Of a stretch of DNA of 32,000 nucleotides, positions 28,815-32,000 are shown piece after piece. Location: assembly GCF_000300075.1 (NCBI RefSeq), contig NC_018677.1, forward strand, positions 1-32,000. The letters are read 5' to 3'. The notes under the pieces were generated by a model. The model ran no database searches and was not told the origin of the DNA. It saw nothing but the letters and a program-made list of their open reading frames with translations. Every line of letters begins with the position of its first letter. The first letter of the stretch is position 1. The position numbers and the translations under genes were made by a program. The DNA is from Candidatus Saccharimonadota bacterium (GTDB taxonomy: Bacteria > Pseudomonadota > Gammaproteobacteria > Johnevansiales > Johnevansiaceae).

Positions 28815-29007
28815 TATGCATTATATGTTTTGTTAAAATTAATAGTTGTATTAGATAATAGCAGTAGTAAAAAGTTGCAATTGATGTTAGCTCTTGTTTA
28901 TTATATGTTAGTTTTGGCTGTTAGTTTGTATTGGTTATAGGCTGTTTGTTAAGTTATTAATTGTTAGAGGTTATGTTGTAGTTTGAAAAATTCAGCTTTC
29001 AGAATTC

Positions 29008-29035
29008 AGCTGTTAGCTGTTAGCTGTTAGCTGTT
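29008..29035 (+). repeat. Heptanucleotide array (AGCTGTT)x4
   Basis: Read directly: agctgtt x4, followed by agttt. Confidence 0.9.
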
Positions 29036-29491
29036 AGTTTAAAGATGTTGCTTTTTAGAGATTAGAGATTATACTGTTTGCTTGAATTGTTTATTAGAGG
29101 TTTTAGGAATTGTTTTGTTTGTTTGTTAGTTGTTATTTATTAGAGGTTTATTTATTTTGGAGGTTGTATGTTAGAGTTTTTATATGTTTTATTTGATTTT
29201 TTATATTCTATGTTTTTTTTGCTTTCTTTGTTCTTCTCTTTTTAGTATTTTGTATGTTTTTTTCTGTATATTGTTTTGTTTTTATCTGTACTATAGTTAA
29301 GCCTTGTATAAACTCTTTCGTCTTTTTCTATTGTCTTTAGTATTATGTATAGCAATACTACTATATTGTGTATGTTTAAATTTTAGATATTGTAGGCATT
29401 ATGTTGTATTTTAGATATTTAGTTATTTGAGGTTTGAGGTTTTGTTAATTTTGTTAGTTAGAGGAAGTAGGATGTTATTATGTTGGATAGA

Positions 29492-29519
29492 GCTTGTAGC
29501 TTGTATGTTGTAGGTTGTA
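29492..29519 (+). repeat. Heptanucleotide array (GCTTGTA)x2, TGTTGTA, GGTTGTA
   Basis: Read directly. The first 22 nt are identical to 18973-18994 in a different spacer. Confidence 0.9.
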
Positions 29520-29592
29520 GGAAAGTATTGGCTAAAAAGATTAAAGCTTTTTGAGGTTATATTGTTAGTCTGTTAGAGGATTTGTTTTAAAA

Positions 29593-29615
29593 TTAGAGGT
29601 TAGAGGTTAGAGGTT
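29593..29615 (+). repeat. Heptanucleotide array (TTAGAGG)x3
   Basis: Read directly: ttagagg ttagagg ttagagg tt. This is the tandem form of the dispersed TTAGAGGTT motif. Confidence 0.92.
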
Positions 29616-30608
29616 ATTTGTAATTTGTTGTTGATAAAAGTTTTATGTTTGATATTGCTTTTTGTGTTAGCTGTAATTAATGTTTGATATTCTGTGTTAA
29701 CAGGATAAATGCACGATGTTATAGGAATTGAATTAAAGTTAGCTGTTATAAAGTTTATGGGTTATGAGTAAGGTGTATTTGTGTTAGTAGTTAGGTAAGA
29801 AGTTGTTAAAGTAAGGTAGTAGAGGTAGGTTGTTAAATAAGTAAAAGTGTGTTATGTAAAGAAAAAAATAGATTTAGATGATTTGTGGAAGCTGTTAAAT
29901 AAATTAGTGAAATGCTAAATGTGTGTAATTGGATAGGTTAATGTGGTAAAAAAGGTTTGTAGGTTAGACTAGAACGTGTTAAAGGAAAAAAGAGAGAAGA
30001 AATTGTGGTTAGGGGTTGTATAAAGTTTTTTTTATAGGAAAAAGGGTGTGTATAATTATGGTTTTATGAGGTGTTTGTAAGAAGTAATATAAGAAAGGTA
30101 AAGAGAAAAAAAGAAATGTAGTATAAAAGAAAAAAGGGTTTGTATAATAATGGTTAAATGCTGTGTTAGGTAAAAGAGAGATATTTGTTTTTGGTAGAGT
30201 GATGAGAAGGTTAGTTAAAATGTATTAGATGTTGTTTTGTTTAACATTTGTGGTAAAAAATAGATGAGTAGTTAAAAGATAACTGATAGATGTGGTATAT
30301 ATATGAATTGTTTTAAAGTTAAGTACATAAAATTATTAATTGTTAATGGTATTAGGGGTATGCGTTTTGTTGAATATGTCTTATTAACTTAATTAAAGGT
30401 TAAATTTTAGCTTAGATGTTTTATTTGTCTATTATTTAGCGATAACAGGCATTATTGAGTTATTTTCGGTATAGGTAAAGTAAATGTATAATCATATTAA
30501 AAATATAAATTAGATGTTATGATTAATAGTTGATTAAATAGAATATAGATAGAGTGGTGTTATTGGTATTAATGGAATAATAGTAAGATTAGTATACAGG
30601 TTATATGT

Positions 30609-30708
30609 AAAAATGGAAGAGTCGGATAGGTTGTCAAAAAAAATAAGAGAAGTTATATAAAAATGGAAGAGTCGGATAAGTTGTCAAGAATATAAGAGAT
30701 ATTATATG
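30609..30708 (+). repeat. Roughly 50-bp tandem duplication, 2 copies (AAAAATGGAAGAGTCGGATA[G/A]GTTGTCAA...)
   Basis: AAATGGAAGAGTCGGATA occurs at 30611 and again at 30661. The first ~30 nt of each copy differ at 2 positions; the remainder is related but has indels. It lies 115-215 nt upstream of the ilvA ATG. Confidence 0.85.
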
Positions 30709-30822
30709 AAAAAAAGTAAAGATATTCGGCAATATAAGTTTAAAAAAACAAGTAAAGTCGTACAGTTTTACTAATAGAATAAAATTAAAATCATAAAATA
30801 AACAAAAAAAAAAGAAATAAAT

Positions 30823-32000
30823 ATGAATAACAGTGAATATAAAAGATATAACTTCATAGTAGAGAATTATGTAAAAAAAATACTTAAAGCAAAAGTGTAT
30901 GAACTTGCTAAAGAAACACCTTTAGCTTGTACGCCGTTACTTTCTACTTATTTAAAAAACAACATATTTATAAAGCGTGAAGATTTACAACTAAACTTTT
31001 CGTTTAAAGTTAGAGGCGCTTATAACTGTATGAGAAACTTATTAAAAAATAAGAATATTCAATGCGTAATTACAGCTTCAGCTGGAAACCATGCACAAGG
31101 AGTTGCTTTAGCGGCAAAAAAATTGGGTATAAAATCAATTATTATTATGCCAAAAGTTACACCTGAAATTAAGGTTTTATCTGTACAATCGATTGGATGT
31201 GAAGTTTTAATAAAAGGTGATAATTTTAATTCGTCTTTAAAGTATGCGTTAAGTTTAGTAAAGAATTATGGTTATACTTACATACCTCCTTTTGATGACA
31301 CAGAAGTTATTGCAGGTCAAGGCACTTTAGCGATGGAAGTATTAAAACAATATAAAAATAAAATACATGCAATATTTGTTCCAGTTGGCGGAGGAGGATT
31401 AATTGCAGGTATTACAGCGTATCTAAAATATTTACGTCCTAAAATAAAGATCGTTGGTGTAGAGCCAGAAGATTCTGCTTGTTTAAAAGAAGCAATTAAA
31501 TATGGTTATCCAATAACATTAAATACTATAGACATGTTTGCAGAAGGAGTAGCAGTATCACGGGTTGGAAAGAAGCCTTTAAAGTTAATAAAAAATATAT
31601 TAGACGATCTAATAACTGTTAATATAGATGAAATGTGTAGTGCAGTAAAAGATATATTTGAAAATACAAGAGCATTGGCAGAAGTTTCAGGAGCTTTATC
31701 TTTAGCTGGTTTAAAAAAATATATAATAAAACAAAACATTACAAATAAAAATTTAATTTGTGTTAATACTGGAGCAAATATTAATTTTGACAAATTACAA
31801 TATATAGCACATAGAACAGCACTAGGGGAAAACAAAGAATTAATATTAGCTATAAAATTACCTGAATCTATAGGGAGTTTAAAAAGTCTATGTAATATAA
31901 TAGGAAACAAGAAAAGGTTTACTGAATTAAATTATCGGTTTTTAAATAAAAAAAAAGCAAATATATTGATAGGTTTAAAAATAATTCCAGGGAATGAAGA
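30823..32000 (+). CDS. ilvA: Threonine dehydratase (threonine ammonia-lyase), biosynthetic type; 3' end outside the window
   Basis: Not in the ORF track because no stop falls in the window. By hand, the frame from the ATG at 30823 is open to base 32000. Motifs: FSFKVRGAYN (PLP lysine), SAGNHAQGVALAA, PPFDD, VPVGGGGLIAG, then the start of the C-terminal regulatory domain (ELILAIKLPESIGSLK). Confidence 0.93.
   Translation, partial: MNNSEYKRYNFIVENYVKKILKAKVYELAKETPLACTPLLSTYLKNNIFIKREDLQLNFSFKVRGAYNCMRNLLKNKNIQCVITASAGNHAQGVALAAKKLGIKSIIIMPKVTPEIKVLSVQSIGCEVLIKGDNFNSSLKYALSLVKNYGYTYIPPFDDTEVIAGQGTLAMEVLKQYKNKIHAIFVPVGGGGLIAGITAYLKYLRPKIKIVGVEPEDSACLKEAIKYGYPITLNTIDMFAEGVAVSRVGKKPLKLIKNILDDLITVNIDEMCSAVKDIFENTRALAEVSGALSLAGLKKYIIKQNITNKNLICVNTGANINFDKLQYIAHRTALGENKELILAIKLPESIGSLKSLCNIIGNKKRFTELNYRFLNKKKANILIGLKIIPGNE

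Larger units (their letters stand above)
28552..30822. other. Expanded non-coding spacer between divergent glyQ and ilvA (2271 bp)
   Basis: Zones: T-rich 28552-28830; G/T repeats 28830-29180; T-rich 29180-29350; G/T repeats 29350-29700; nearly C-free purine-rich 29700-30700; A-rich up to the ilvA start. Confidence 0.85.

Noticed and set aside
28749-28940. 63-aa ORF starting MLLLLLLLL...
   Set aside because: It is the (TTGCTC)n/(TTGTTA)n hexanucleotide microsatellite read in frame, not a signal peptide or gene.
31506-31910. 134-aa minus-strand ORF, plus other antisense ORFs in the track (1314-1505, 2481-2915, 9476-9748, 11401-11625, 14317-14529, 15118-15415, 16857-17051, 17457-17722, 19388-19588, 24485-24694, 27331-27561)
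   Set aside because: Each lies entirely antisense or out of frame within a strongly supported conserved gene (ilvA, dnaK, dnaJ, nuo genes, rpmH/rnpA, gyrB, glyS). Each has composition-driven sequence with no motifs.

Overview
Very AT-rich bacterial sequence that looks like a reduced gammaproteobacterial insect-endosymbiont chromosome. My best guess is a Portiera-like whitefly symbiont; this is inference from gene content and architecture, since no search was possible. Recognisable genes: dnaK-dnaJ (+), a complete nuoA-N operon with fused nuoCD (-), rpmH-rnpA (-), gyrB (+), one tRNA with a CAU anticodon (+), glyQ-glyS (-), and the 5' part of ilvA (+, runs off the window; not in the ORF track, I translated it by hand). 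Inside operons the genes are packed, with junctions from about -14 to +30 nt. Between transcription units lie five large non-coding spacers: 2986-4375, 18707-19144, 19603-22845, 25069-25700 and 28552-30822, together 7974 bp or about 25% of the window. I saw no credible ORF, IS element, CRISPR array or further RNA gene in them. They are built from a shared vocabulary of short oriented motifs (TTAGAGGTT / TTAGATGTT), many 5-7 bp tandem arrays, and compound microsatellites, and they show extreme strand asymmetry (G>>C on the + strand) with two local polarity flips. Several identical 21-37 bp segments are shared between different spacers. The 3.2-kb spacer between divergent rpmH and gyrB occupies the ancestral dnaA-dnaN-recF slot. 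The spacers, rather than the housekeeping genes, are the part worth a second look. All counts and coordinates were read by eye and need computational confirmation.
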